DNA of 52,538 nucleotides from Candidatus Poribacteria bacterium (GTDB lineage: Bacteria; Poribacteria; WGA-4E; UBA9662): contig JAYGDX010000098.1 of the NCBI GenBank assembly GCA_046582655.1, forward strand, positions 1 to 52,538, given 5' to 3'. The position numbers and the translations under genes are program-made. Positions 30,509 to 40,922 of this stretch are shown here, piece by piece (position 1 is the first letter of the stretch; every line of letters begins with the position of its first letter). The notes beneath the pieces were generated by a model, which had not been told where the DNA came from, ran no database searches, and worked only from the letters and a program-made list of their open reading frames with translations.

Positions 30509-33500
30509 TTACAATTCCGCAACCACCTCCATTTCTAAACGATGTTCTGGCTTTTGTTGTTTGGTTGATAAAAGTCGATAGTTTAAACGGAGAAGTAAAT
30601 CAGTCACTTTGCGTACTTTGTAATCCGCCGTGGCACGAATTTCGTGGCTAATTCCTTCATAGAAATTGTATCTAGCAAATGGAAATCCTCCTTCACTTTT
30701 CCCATTTGCCAAGCGATAATTGATGTTGAGCCTTCCTCTGTTGATGATTGAATAACTTAGACGATTTTCCATAGAAATTGTTCGTGTTCGTGTTTCCGGT
30801 TGATCATCAAGTTCTTCGAAATCGGTCGTATTTTGATAGATCCCAGTTATGCCCATTCGTATTGATCTACTGATTTCGTAGCGAAGATTTATCTCACTAT
30901 TATGTTCTGCTTGATTCAGGTCTGAGATGTCACCAAGACCACTAATCTCTGAGAATTTTTCATGCTCCTTCCTTCGTTCGAAACGGGTACTGATAGAGAA
31001 TCTCACCGTGGGATTAACAGTACAACGGAGATCCCAATCACTGTTGTTTCGTTTCCGTTCACGATTATTAATTCGCTTATTCAGAATTTGATTGGTTGTG
31101 TGACCAAGATCAACATTGAGTTTCGGTGATGGTGAAAAACCAACTTGAAGCCTTTGATTCATTCGGCCAAAGATAGTACGAGCAGTTTGCAGATTCTGCA
31201 ACAAGTACAGGGATACTAAGTCCGCATCTTCTTGTTCTTCAGTAAGGTTGATTCGAGCAAAGGCATTAATCGCCTTTAGGAAACGACGACCAAAGTTTAG
31301 CTGTTGATCACGCATTGTTCTCCATTGTCGCGGTCGAAATCTAATCTGTATTTTGGCGTCAATGGCAGAAACGGGTTTATCATTGGTATTCTGAATATAT
31401 TTGATATAGTTTCCTTTTTCATAATCTTCACGATAATGCAGGTCATCGATTTTGACATAGTGGCCTTCTCCAGGACGAATCTCCCGACCAGTATAGGGAT
31501 TGATGTTAGTATAGATTTCACGTCGCTCGGTGGCCAGTTTTTTGTCTAATTCGTAGCTGATCTGCAGATCGATAGCACGATTCAATGGGGACATTCGCAT
31601 CTCAATATCAGCTAATTGTGTGGTTGAATTGGGTAATCTCCCACGGGCTGCCTTGAATTCACGGCGGGAAATGTTGCTCGATAAGTTAGCCCACTTTCGA
31701 GGTTGAGAAAAGACCCCGATGGTCCATGTCTTGGCCTGTGTACTCGATTTCCAGTCTGTAAAGCCGAGTGTTTCCCCGTCAATTTCCAGCAGTTCATCTT
31801 TTTCATGCGATTCTTCCCAACTATATTTGGCATTTACAGTAACCCATTTGAATTCTGCGAGACTGATGAAAGCATTAGAAATATGTCGTTTTCGGTTTAA
31901 ATTTAAGCCATCACTGAGATCTAGATCTATCGCCTCGAATTGCTCAATTGAACTACTTAGTGTCGACTCATGAACTCGTTGCGATAGGTTCCATTGATTT
32001 CTTTCTTTTCGAAATTGCCTTTGGCTTCCAATTTCTGTGGTATTGATCTGGGCGTTATTCCGTAAATTCGGCAGTTTCGGTGGGTCGAGATAAAAACCAT
32101 AGTTGATAAAGGCCGCATCCTGTTCGGCATAAGAAGATCCATTGCTAACAACCGACGAATCAATATTACGTGTTCTCCCTATTCCAGAACTAAACTGAAT
32201 CCATTTTAAGGGTTGAAGCTGTATATCGATGTCTACTAACCTTTCATCCCCAACTGGAGCAGTGGTGGCGTCCATCAAATACTGGTTATCGAATTCTTGG
32301 TCAGCATACAATTCCTCATACTGGAACTGATTCCGATTTTCGCTTGAGGCTCCAACAGGTACAAAACCCGCATCGGTTAATCGTAAATCCAGGTTGACAT
32401 CAAGTTTTTCAGTTGAAGCATTGCCTACTAGTTTCCAAGACTTTCCCAAGATCTTTCGATCCGTTTGAGAAAACGTATTTTGATCTGTTGCGCTCAGTGC
32501 AAATTGCCCACTAATCAACATATAATCAACAGGTGAGATTTGCGCTTCAATTCCCCAGACTGTATGCCGTTGCGGAGCGATGAGTGATTTTTTATTCTCA
32601 CCAACATTCAAAATATTCCGTCGAAGATTCGCCATATCCTGATCAGTCAACATTGCGTATGTATTTTCCGGATCGTTAAGATCTGATTCAACTGCGTAAG
32701 AAAATCCGAACTTTGCCTGATCTCCTAAGAAATCAAGTGATCCACTTACACCTTGAAGAGTTCTTTGATAAATAAGATCTTCTTGAATATACTCGAAATC
32801 AACACGAACTACATCGTTGCTGGTAATCAAGTGTTTGCTGGTAAACTCAATAATCGGATCCCCATAGTCCCGAATAAAATAGTCGTTATTTTCACCGCGC
32901 CGCATGCGCTTACCGTTCAGCCAAACAATCTCACTCCCAGCTTTGACAACCACATATCGACCATCGACATCAATACGATATTCGCTTCTTCCTTCTTCAC
33001 CTCTTATGGTTTTGCTATCTGATTGACCTTTCGGAATCGCGCTGGGTATAAGTCGAAATGTTCCCCAATCAAAGCTACCTTCAACTGATACACCCTCAAG
33101 CGCCATTGGAAACTGAATGTCCGAATTGTCGAGTGATCCGACGAAATCACCAAACGTCGCGTTTACATTCGGGCTAGTGATTCTGATGAGTTTTTGATCG
33201 ATGTCCTGGATATTTTCTGTTGTTCCTTCTGGTTGGATCGGCAGATCTTGATCAGAAAGCATGGCAATGACGCTCACGTTCTTAGACACTTCACCATTCA
33301 CGCTAATCCGTAGTTCCTGATTCTGTGTCAGAGAACGACCACTCCCGACAGAAATACCAAATGTTTGAGATCCTACTACTTGCAGAGTTGGTTGTTCATC
33401 ATCTCCTAATATTGGCACCTTATCTTTGGCATCCTGGGTTTGATTCGATTCTTCAATCTTGTCTTGTTGGGGAAAAAGATTTCGTTTATAGATTCTCTTG

Positions 33501-33858
33501 ATGGCGAATGGAAACGACTGGTAGCGAACGTTGACTTTTTGATGAATAAGTCGCTGATTTAAAAAAGTGATCGTTCCCGCGTTATAGTCAATTTTGTAAT
33601 CGATATTAGCGATGAGTTGTAAGTCACTAACGGTAATGGTTTCTGATTGGAGAAATACAGGTGAGAACCGCAGAAAAATTGGATTGGCTAAATCCTGAAT
33701 TTCAAACGTTTCATTCTTCTCAAGGAGAGATATTTTTTGAGGCAAGCCAGAATCATTTTCCTGTGCTCTGACAGGTTGGATTAACAAAAAAAAAGTATCG
33801 ACAAACAATTAACGCTCTTGATGAAACCCGCAAGATTAAGCGTCTGACGCTTGCACAT
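30509..33858 (-). CDS. large putative outer-membrane beta-barrel protein; signal peptide out of frame at a T9 tract
   Basis: 1099-aa ORF rich in amphipathic beta-strands (AMLSDQDLPIQPEG, GSEIVWLNG..RGENNDY). ATG 33858 yields a full signal peptide if one T is added at 33786-33794. Confidence 0.7.
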
Positions 33859-34860
33859 TATAATTCTTTCCATATCTTACAATCTTGCCGAATACATAAA
33901 TTTTTGTATTTTCTTTGGTGTGGATTTCAATTGATGCTTGAAAAAGATCATTTGAAATAACGAAACACGGAGCATTAACGAAACTTTCATGTCTTGTATC
34001 GATTAATTTAAGTTCCTCCAGATTTTCTGCCCAACGTTGTTTCTTTTCTCGAAACTTCTTTTGTGCGTAGAGGATACGGTGCAACAGGTCACGAGCAGGG
34101 ATATCAATTGGTGGCTGATATTGATCCGCACTATAATCCGGCGTTGAAAACTGCACGTCCCCCATCGCTCTGGGATATGCACGTTGATTTATTTCTACGG
34201 TGACCACACCTAGTTATCTTCTGGCATATTCGGCACTTTCTCATATGTGTTACCGACGACAATCCCATGTAGCCACTCAACACGCGAGAAATTAATTCTC
34301 CATTGATCCCCATGGTTTGGCAGACAAAATCGGTTAGCACATTCAGCCAGATCCATCCATGGCAACGCGACTTCGACCGACCATCCCGAATCTGTATCGC
34401 TTGGATCGTTCAACGCACCATTAATATGAACGGCCGTTTTCATACCCTCAATTCTCCAATCGTGCAGAGCTGGCCGCCGAAACGGTAGGGCGTTACCAAC
34501 CGCAAATCCCAAACAGTATTAAGCGCGCTAATTTCGATTTCATAATACTAGTGATTATCACTGTCAGAATCAACGAAAACCTCAAAGTCATTATCATGAA
34601 AAATGATTGAGTCCCGTTCGGTAAGTGTTCCCCCATACGTGTGTTTCCTCTAGATCAACACCAATATAAAAATACTCTTCATCCCAAAGCATTTTCGCAC
34701 GCGCCCGAAACCGTGGATGCGGTTTTAAATCCCCTTCAATGTCGACGAAATTATCAGTCCATAGCGCATAAATCCACGGGGTTTTATCAATCTTCCCTTT
34801 CATGCCTACAAGCTGCTTGGTTTTGTAGCAGATATAATCTTTAGGTTAATGATATTTCAT
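33858..34860 (-). pseudogene. carbohydrate-binding family 9-like (DUF1083-type) protein, multiply disrupted
   Basis: Fragments read WTDNFVDIEGD..RAKMLWDEEYFY, HDNDFEVF, YYEIEI..NTVWDL, GWSVEVALPW, QWRINFSRVEW and EDN*VWSP. There are several stops (34846, 34548, 34210) and frameshifts (e.g. the C5 run at 34630-34634). Confidence 0.85.
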
Positions 34861-34873
34861 TTTAAGTTCTTTG

Positions 34874-35872
34874 TTAGTTAGAAGTTGTCTGCTTAGTATA
34901 GATCGCTTGAAAAACCTTGATATCACTTGTTCCCGAATCACTAACAAATATCTTTCCGTTTCTGGAGATAGCAATACCAGTTGGATCTACCAACTGCTGT
35001 TGCCCAAATGTGAGTATCAACTGGTTATTCTTTCCCTCAACACCTTGGTTTGCAACAACTTTAACACTGTGACTCCCACGATCAGTTATGTAAACGTAGT
35101 CTGATTGATCTAATGCTACGTGTGAAGGTTCTTGAAAATGTGCCGACCAGATGACAATCAAGTTTCCACTGAAATCGTACTTCTTCAACCGGCGATTTCC
35201 AGCGTCCACGATGTAGATATTCCCTTTCTTATCGATGGCAATAGCTGTTGGATTCTGGAATTGATCATTCCCACTACCATAGCTTCCTCTTTCAAAGAGT
35301 TTTTCTATACTATTGCTGAACTTTACAAAGCGATGATTGCCACGATCAACAACCAATACCTCTCCAACTCTGTCAACCACAATACCATATGGTTGATCAA
35401 ATGTAACTAATGAATCGGTGATTATTTGAAAGGCTCTATCAATCAAATTACAAAACTGGATACGATCGTTACCGGTATCAGCTATGTACAGCGTTGAATT
35501 TCGCACAAAACTGACGGCTAGTCCCATGGGATTATCAAATTCACCGGACTGCCATCCACGATGTCCAATTTCCGAGATAAAATTCCCACTGAAATCGATA
35601 ATCTGAATGCGATGATTACCTGCATCAGCTACGTACAAGAGTTCTTCAAAATCCAAAGCCAATCCGTGGGGATTCAGGAAATCCCCTGCACCCTGCCCTC
35701 TTTGACCAAGCGTACTAACGTAATTAACGCTGAGAAGGGATCTAAGATTGGGACCTGAAACTGAGGAAATGATCTTGGGCGAAACGATTTTGGTGGGAGA
35801 AACAGACGTACAGGCAGAGAAACAGACAAGTAAATACAAAAGTACCATCTGTCGATTGATGTGCCAAAGCAT
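34874..35872 (-). CDS. NHL-repeat (6-bladed propeller) lipoprotein
   Basis: Repeats of F..P.G.A.D...YVAD.GN.RIQ. Lipobox FSAC follows a hydrophobic stretch from ATG 35872. Confidence 0.85.
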   Translation of the reverse strand: MLWHINRQMVLLYLLVCFSACTSVSPTKIVSPKIISSVSGPNLRSLLSVNYVSTLGQRGQGAGDFLNPHGLALDFEELLYVADAGNHRIQIIDFSGNFISEIGHRGWQSGEFDNPMGLAVSFVRNSTLYIADTGNDRIQFCNLIDRAFQIITDSLVTFDQPYGIVVDRVGEVLVVDRGNHRFVKFSNSIEKLFERGSYGSGNDQFQNPTAIAIDKKGNIYIVDAGNRRLKKYDFSGNLIVIWSAHFQEPSHVALDQSDYVYITDRGSHSVKVVANQGVEGKNNQLILTFGQQQLVDPTGIAISRNGKIFVSDSGTSDIKVFQAIYTKQTTSN

Positions 35873-35885
35873 CTTTAATGTTTTC

Positions 35886-36497
35886 TTATCCCTTTTCAAC
35901 ACGGAACTTGAAAACGAATGTGGTTTCGGTTTGATCGTACTCGCTATAAATTTTAGGAACAATTACACGTAAACTTGATGACTTGATACTTCGTGTGGGG
36001 AAATAGAGAAAGAACTTCGACTGACTCTTAGGCATAATATTTGTCCTTTCAATATCTGTGGTAGGTAAAGGCGCTGGGTCACCTTGAATACGGAGAGTTT
36101 TGTTCCATCGAAATACTTCCGAAGGAAACTCCGGTGGTAATTTCGGCTTGAAATTCCTACCCAATCGAGCTGTATGCATTGATTTATCAAGTGGCTTTGT
36201 TTCTCTACCTGTTCCATCTAGCATCCAACAATCTTTTTGCCTGAAAGATATAAAATGATCAGTACCATTATAAATTAAGACGGCAAACGCGTCCACGGCC
36301 TTTACATCACTCAATGGCAATGACATCGCAGTGATTCCATTCTTAATGTAAACAATTGTATTGGTCTGTGGTAGAATAGTAGCTTCCGGGTCGAACACTG
36401 GTATAATCTTAACGGCTTCAAACATAGAACAACTTGAACCGGCCAATAAAATCAATATACTGAAAAGAAAAATAATTTCTTGAACTAAGCTTTTCAT
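35886..36497 (-). CDS. hypothetical lipoprotein
   Basis: Hydrophobic N-terminus followed by GSSC. Tightly packed in the operon. Confidence 0.65.
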   Translation of the reverse strand: MKSLVQEIIFLFSILILLAGSSCSMFEAVKIIPVFDPEATILPQTNTIVYIKNGITAMSLPLSDVKAVDAFAVLIYNGTDHFISFRQKDCWMLDGTGRETKPLDKSMHTARLGRNFKPKLPPEFPSEVFRWNKTLRIQGDPAPLPTTDIERTNIMPKSQSKFFLYFPTRSIKSSSLRVIVPKIYSEYDQTETTFVFKFRVEKG

Positions 36498-36517
36498 AAT
36501 CGTAAATTCCTAAAATT

Positions 36518-37507
36518 TTAATCTTGAAAAATAAGCATCGCCGATCCAACGAGTCCCGCCTGATTACCGAGTTGCGCTTTCACGACTCGCATTGAATCAG
36601 CGTTTGTGTCCATTGCACGCTTCTTGATTTCTGAACGAATTGGTTCAAAGAGGAGTTTTTCTCCCGCATCAGCAATTCCTCCTCCAATAATTGCCATCTC
36701 TGGATTGAGAATGTGTGCTAATGATGTTAAAGCAACACCAATGCATCTTCCCGTTTCTTCGAAGATGTCAATGGCGACTTCATCACCTTTTTTTGCTGCA
36801 TCTGATATCATCTTGGGTGTCAAATCATTCAAATTGTCTGTAAGAGATGAGTGTTTACCTTCTACAATAATTTTGCTACGCGTGCGTTCGACGATATAAT
36901 GGCGTCCAACATAGGCTTCCAAACAGCCATAGTTTCCGCAGCCACAGAGCCTACCGCTACTTTGAATGATAGTATGCCCCAATTCAGCTCCTGCATTACG
37001 GCTACCATGAAAGATCCGCCCATCAATAACAATTCCACCTCCAACACCGGTACCCAGTGTCAAACAAACTAAGTTCTTGGTTCCCACTCCAGCACCATGA
37101 CAAAGTTCACCAAACGCCATCGCATTACCATCATTCTCCAGTACAATCGGAAACGCTGATATCTTGCAATTAGTTGAATCATGAGCCAAATCCGCTTTTA
37201 CTAAATCAGCAAGTGGGATATCATACCAACCAGCAAAATTCGGAGAGAAATGAACAACACCTTCCTTAGGCTCTATAAGGCCTGCTGAACCAATGCCAAT
37301 TCCAACAATATCTTTTAGATCAACGCTGAAACTCTTACCTTGATCAACAAGTTGACGTATCGCTTGGCCGATTCGAGACACAATTGCTTTTTCACCGGAG
37401 TGCGCATTTGTCGGAGTTGTTATAAAGTGGATGATCTCGCCTGATTCAGAAACGAGGCCGGTTTTTATATTTGTTCCGCCAAGGTCAACGCCAATACTAA
37501 ATCTCAT
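36518..37507 (-). CDS. ROK family sugar kinase (glucokinase-like)
   Basis: GVDLGGTN, ENDGN, LTLGTGVGGG and AELGH..CGCGNYGCLEAY motifs. No HTH domain. Confidence 0.92.
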   Translation of the reverse strand: MRFSIGVDLGGTNIKTGLVSESGEIIHFITTPTNAHSGEKAIVSRIGQAIRQLVDQGKSFSVDLKDIVGIGIGSAGLIEPKEGVVHFSPNFAGWYDIPLADLVKADLAHDSTNCKISAFPIVLENDGNAMAFGELCHGAGVGTKNLVCLTLGTGVGGGIVIDGRIFHGSRNAGAELGHTIIQSSGRLCGCGNYGCLEAYVGRHYIVERTRSKIIVEGKHSSLTDNLNDLTPKMISDAAKKGDEVAIDIFEETGRCIGVALTSLAHILNPEMAIIGGGIADAGEKLLFEPIRSEIKKRAMDTNADSMRVVKAQLGNQAGLVGSAMLIFQD

Positions 37508-38178
37508 TAATAATCCAATTTATTTACAGATGACCAAGATAGTAATTGGCTGATTAAGGTGGGGATCTCAGTACGTGGAGCGTAACAATCTACAAATGCG
37601 TCTAATGTCGTTGCGTGTTGATTGCCCTTAGGTCCCCGTTCAACTAACGTTAAGTCCCCAAGGGGGAAGATGGTCGATAACGAATCCGTCATATCTCCAT
37701 CAGTTAATACACTTACTTGCAGTAAGTTCATTTGTTTGTGCGAATCCATTTCAATGGCAATTTGTGCCATATGTGCTAGTGAAGTCTCGGCTTTTAAATG
37801 ATTTATCCCAGAAGAAATAACGATCAAAGGTGTTTTCGCAGCGATGGCATGCTGAATCGTAATTAAGAGTGAATCAAGGTGCTCAATTTGAAGTTCGTCT
37901 AGGCGACTAATTGCCATAAGCACAACCTGACTTCCCGAAATAGTTCCTTCCCCACTACAAATTAATATATCATCTACCAACGGCAAAGGAATCTTTTCAA
38001 ATCGATCCTGGAAAATTTGTTTTAGCCGCGGTAACGCCGGCATAGAGTAATAATGACCACAATGCTGACACAGATAGTCATTCCGTGCAAGTGTCTGTAT
38101 AAACTCAAATTCACTGCAATCTTCACACTTTTTCCATAAAGAGATCGAAGTGTTTTGAGTGTTTTTTGTCTTAACCAT
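37507..38178 (-). CDS. AccD-like protein (C4 zinc finger plus degenerate carboxyltransferase beta domain)
   Basis: LWKKCEDC..CQHCGHY..RL zinc finger. Residual PLIVISSG, SLAHMAQI, SVLTD, LGD, GP and FVD. The catalytic glycine motifs are absent. Confidence 0.65.
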   Translation of the reverse strand: MVKTKNTQNTSISLWKKCEDCSEFEFIQTLARNDYLCQHCGHYYSMPALPRLKQIFQDRFEKIPLPLVDDILICSGEGTISGSQVVLMAISRLDELQIEHLDSLLITIQHAIAAKTPLIVISSGINHLKAETSLAHMAQIAIEMDSHKQMNLLQVSVLTDGDMTDSLSTIFPLGDLTLVERGPKGNQHATTLDAFVDCYAPRTEIPTLISQLLSWSSVNKLDY

Positions 38179-38189
38179 AGACAATTTCC

Positions 38190-39299
38190 TTAATTTGCGA
38201 AACGATTAAAAGACATAAATTCGATTGGTATTTCTGGTTTACCTTTGACAACTAAATCTGCAATTATCTCCCCATATACACTTGAAAACTTGAATCCTTC
38301 ACCACTAAATGCCCCCCCCAAAATTACACGAGAGAATTTGGGATGTCGATCCACAATAGGCAATTTGTCCGGCGTATGCGTGTACATACAGATCTTCTGT
38401 GAAAGAAGTGGACCGTTCGCTTCTGGAATAAACTTATCAAGTGCCGCTCGCGAACTCTGCTCATCATCCTTGTTAGGGATTCGATCAATTCGGTCTGGGT
38501 GTGTTGGATCGCCGTGGCTGTGAAGTGCCAATTTAAAACCAGGATTATCCGGCATCATGGGAAAACCGTAGTACGCGCCTTCAGCAGTGTTAATCTGCCA
38601 TATAGGGCACTTGCCGAAATTAAACAGTTCAGGTACTTTAGGCCAAACCCAGTTGAGTGCTAATCGGGTGACTGTCAGATTAACACCTAGCCCCTGAACA
38701 ATTTCACCCGTCCAGGCACCACTTGTGAACACAACCTGATCCGCAACATATGTTCTTTGAGTCGTCCGAACTATAACGCTTGAGCTGGTTTCTTCCCAAT
38801 TCGTCACCGCTTCACGAGCATGAATCTCTGCACCATGCCACAGAGCTTGGAGCACATGCGAAGAAATTGCCAACTCTGGACGAAGTAACCCACCATTTGG
38901 TTCCCAGCAGCCCGTATAATTTTGGGGCAAGATGAACTGTGGAAACTTTTCCTTCAACTGACCATGGCTCAATACTTCATGTGAAATCTTCCCTTTTAAG
39001 TGATTCCAATTTTCATCTGGACTCATGTTTAGGAAACCGGTCATTAGCAGGAGCGCTTGATCAGATTCATACTCAAGCAAACGCCACAACTCAAAAGATC
39101 TATAAATTAGCGGCTCGAAATGTCCGCCAACGTAAACTGAGATTTTTGTTTGACGCGAGAAACCATGCGAACTACCCTGTGCGTGAGGTATATCAAATTT
39201 TTCAATCCCTAACACCCTCACTCCACGCTTGATCAAATGATAACAGACTGCTGACCCCACCGCACCAACACCAATAACTATTACATCATATTTTTCCAT
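38190..39299 (-). CDS. solA: N-methyl-L-tryptophan/sarcosine oxidase (monomeric)
   Basis: GVGAVG FAD motif, H..GSSHG.SR, CMYT.TPD (covalent-FAD Cys) and FSGEGFKF. Confidence 0.8.
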   Translation of the reverse strand: MEKYDVIVIGVGAVGSAVCYHLIKRGVRVLGIEKFDIPHAQGSSHGFSRQTKISVYVGGHFEPLIYRSFELWRLLEYESDQALLLMTGFLNMSPDENWNHLKGKISHEVLSHGQLKEKFPQFILPQNYTGCWEPNGGLLRPELAISSHVLQALWHGAEIHAREAVTNWEETSSSVIVRTTQRTYVADQVVFTSGAWTGEIVQGLGVNLTVTRLALNWVWPKVPELFNFGKCPIWQINTAEGAYYGFPMMPDNPGFKLALHSHGDPTHPDRIDRIPNKDDEQSSRAALDKFIPEANGPLLSQKICMYTHTPDKLPIVDRHPKFSRVILGGAFSGEGFKFSSVYGEIIADLVVKGKPEIPIEFMSFNRFAN

Positions 39300-39315
39300 A
39301 AGAAACTATTATCTC

Positions 39316-39735
39316 TTACGAAGTTATATTTTTCGTCATTGTGACCACTGTTCCATTTTGGCTAAAATCGACACTGTCCATGCAGGCTTCCATCAGAAAT
39401 AGTCCTCGTCCACTTGAGTTAAACAGATTTTCTGGATTTAATGGATCTTCGGTTGTTCGGGCATCAAAACCTTCACCTTCATCTTGGACAATAACAACCA
39501 ACTCTTCAGGATACATAATGAAGTCAAAATAAGCACGCTTTTGGGATTCCTCCCGATTGCCATGTTTAATTGCGTTTGTACCTGCTTCTATGACGGCTAG
39601 ATTGACCTGATCGGTTGTATCTCCGTCAAATCCCATTTGTTGAAGAATTTCGGTGATTACAGCATCCAGAAGGTAAACAAAATCCATTGAACTTGGTATT
39701 TCAAGTTTAATTATCTGGCTGTTTTTCTCTGCCAT
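39316..39735 (-). CDS. anti-sigma factor / Ser kinase (RsbW-like HATPase_c)
   Basis: AVIEAGTNAIKHG, DEGEGFD and GRGLFLM motifs. Confidence 0.88.
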   Translation of the reverse strand: MAEKNSQIIKLEIPSSMDFVYLLDAVITEILQQMGFDGDTTDQVNLAVIEAGTNAIKHGNREESQKRAYFDFIMYPEELVVIVQDEGEGFDARTTEDPLNPENLFNSSGRGLFLMEACMDSVDFSQNGTVVTMTKNITS

Positions 39736-39752
39736 GTTCTCCTCTATCAATC

Positions 39753-40922
39753 TCAAGATTTTCTGGATTTAATGGCAACAATTGTAATGTCATCTTTTTG
39801 TTGACCGGTCCCACAGAAAGATGACAAATCCTCTCGGATCTTTCTGCAGAGTTCATCTGCGGGCAAATTGTTATTCTCTTTAAAAACTCGTTTGAGTCGT
39901 TCTTCACCGTAAAATTCACCATCTGCCTCAAATTCGGCCTCTGTAAGACCGTCGGTATAGAAGAGAATTTTATTTCCCGATTCAATCTCAATCGTTTCCG
40001 TTTCGAACTCGGCAAATCCGAAACAGCCCAGTATCATGCCGCCTGTCTGCAATTCTTCTATCTTTTCCCCTCTCAGCAACAGGGGATAACAATGTCCTGC
40101 ATTAGAGTAGGTAAATGTCATGGAGTTCGGATCTAAAATTCCATACACCATGGTGACAAAAAAGTCTGGGGTAGTATCGATGACTAGCAGATCATTGACA
40201 CGCTTTAAAACAGAACTGGGAGACATGTCTTCTCGGCAAACGAGGCGCAGTGATGTACGAATCATAACCATCAGTAGCGCTGCTGGAATTCCTTTACCTC
40301 GCACATCCGCAATTACAATACCAAGCCGATCATCTTCAAGAGGAACAAAATCGTAAAAATCACCAGAAATTAACATAGAACTTTCTAGCAATCCAGAGAT
40401 ATCAAATCCTGCCAGCTCAGGCTCCGATTGAGGAAGCAAATGCTGTTGAATTGCCGATGCGGCACGTAGATGTTCAGCAAACTGTTCAACACCATCTTCA
40501 GTAAACCAATCTCCCAAGGCACCAACCAGTGGATTTATATATTTTGTCTTTCGGGTATGAGCAAGAATCGACTCAATTCGTAACTTGAGTTCTTCAAGCT
40601 CAAATGGTTTGGTAATATAATCATCCGCCCCCGCACTAAGTCCTTCGATTCGCTCATGTGTTTGAGCGCGTGCTGTGAGCATAATGACCGGAATATCCCT
40701 CATCTCAGGGGTTTGTTTAAGATGTTTGATAACTTCAAACCCATCCATCTCAGGCATCATCAAATCGAGAAGAATGAGATCTGGCATATGAACCTTTGCT
40801 TGCTCCAGCGCCTCAATTCCGTTCGAGGCAGTGATAACTTCAAATCCATCCGAGGTCAGCGTCATTTCAACTAGCTGGAGAATATCGATCTCATCATCTA
40901 CAGCTAAAATTTTCTCGGCCAT
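39753..40922 (-). CDS. response regulator receiver fused to PP2C/SpoIIE phosphatase (RsbU/RsbY-like)
   Basis: Receiver motifs VDD, LDLMMP, TA and KPF. PP2C motifs SGDFYD, ADVRGKG, NAGH, YTDG and DDIT. Confidence 0.92.
   Translation of the reverse strand: MAEKILAVDDEIDILQLVEMTLTSDGFEVITASNGIEALEQAKVHMPDLILLDLMMPEMDGFEVIKHLKQTPEMRDIPVIMLTARAQTHERIEGLSAGADDYITKPFELEELKLRIESILAHTRKTKYINPLVGALGDWFTEDGVEQFAEHLRAASAIQQHLLPQSEPELAGFDISGLLESSMLISGDFYDFVPLEDDRLGIVIADVRGKGIPAALLMVMIRTSLRLVCREDMSPSSVLKRVNDLLVIDTTPDFFVTMVYGILDPNSMTFTYSNAGHCYPLLLRGEKIEELQTGGMILGCFGFAEFETETIEIESGNKILFYTDGLTEAEFEADGEFYGEERLKRVFKENNNLPADELCRKIREDLSSFCGTGQQKDDITIVAIKSRKS

Noticed and set aside
3104..34550. Amber (TAG) recoding suggested by in-frame TAGs at 3104, 3332, 34210 and 34548
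   Set aside because: The same genes also have frameshifts, and the CBM9-like gene has TAA stops. The TAGs replace different residues (W versus Q/K-like). Intact genes here end normally in TAG.
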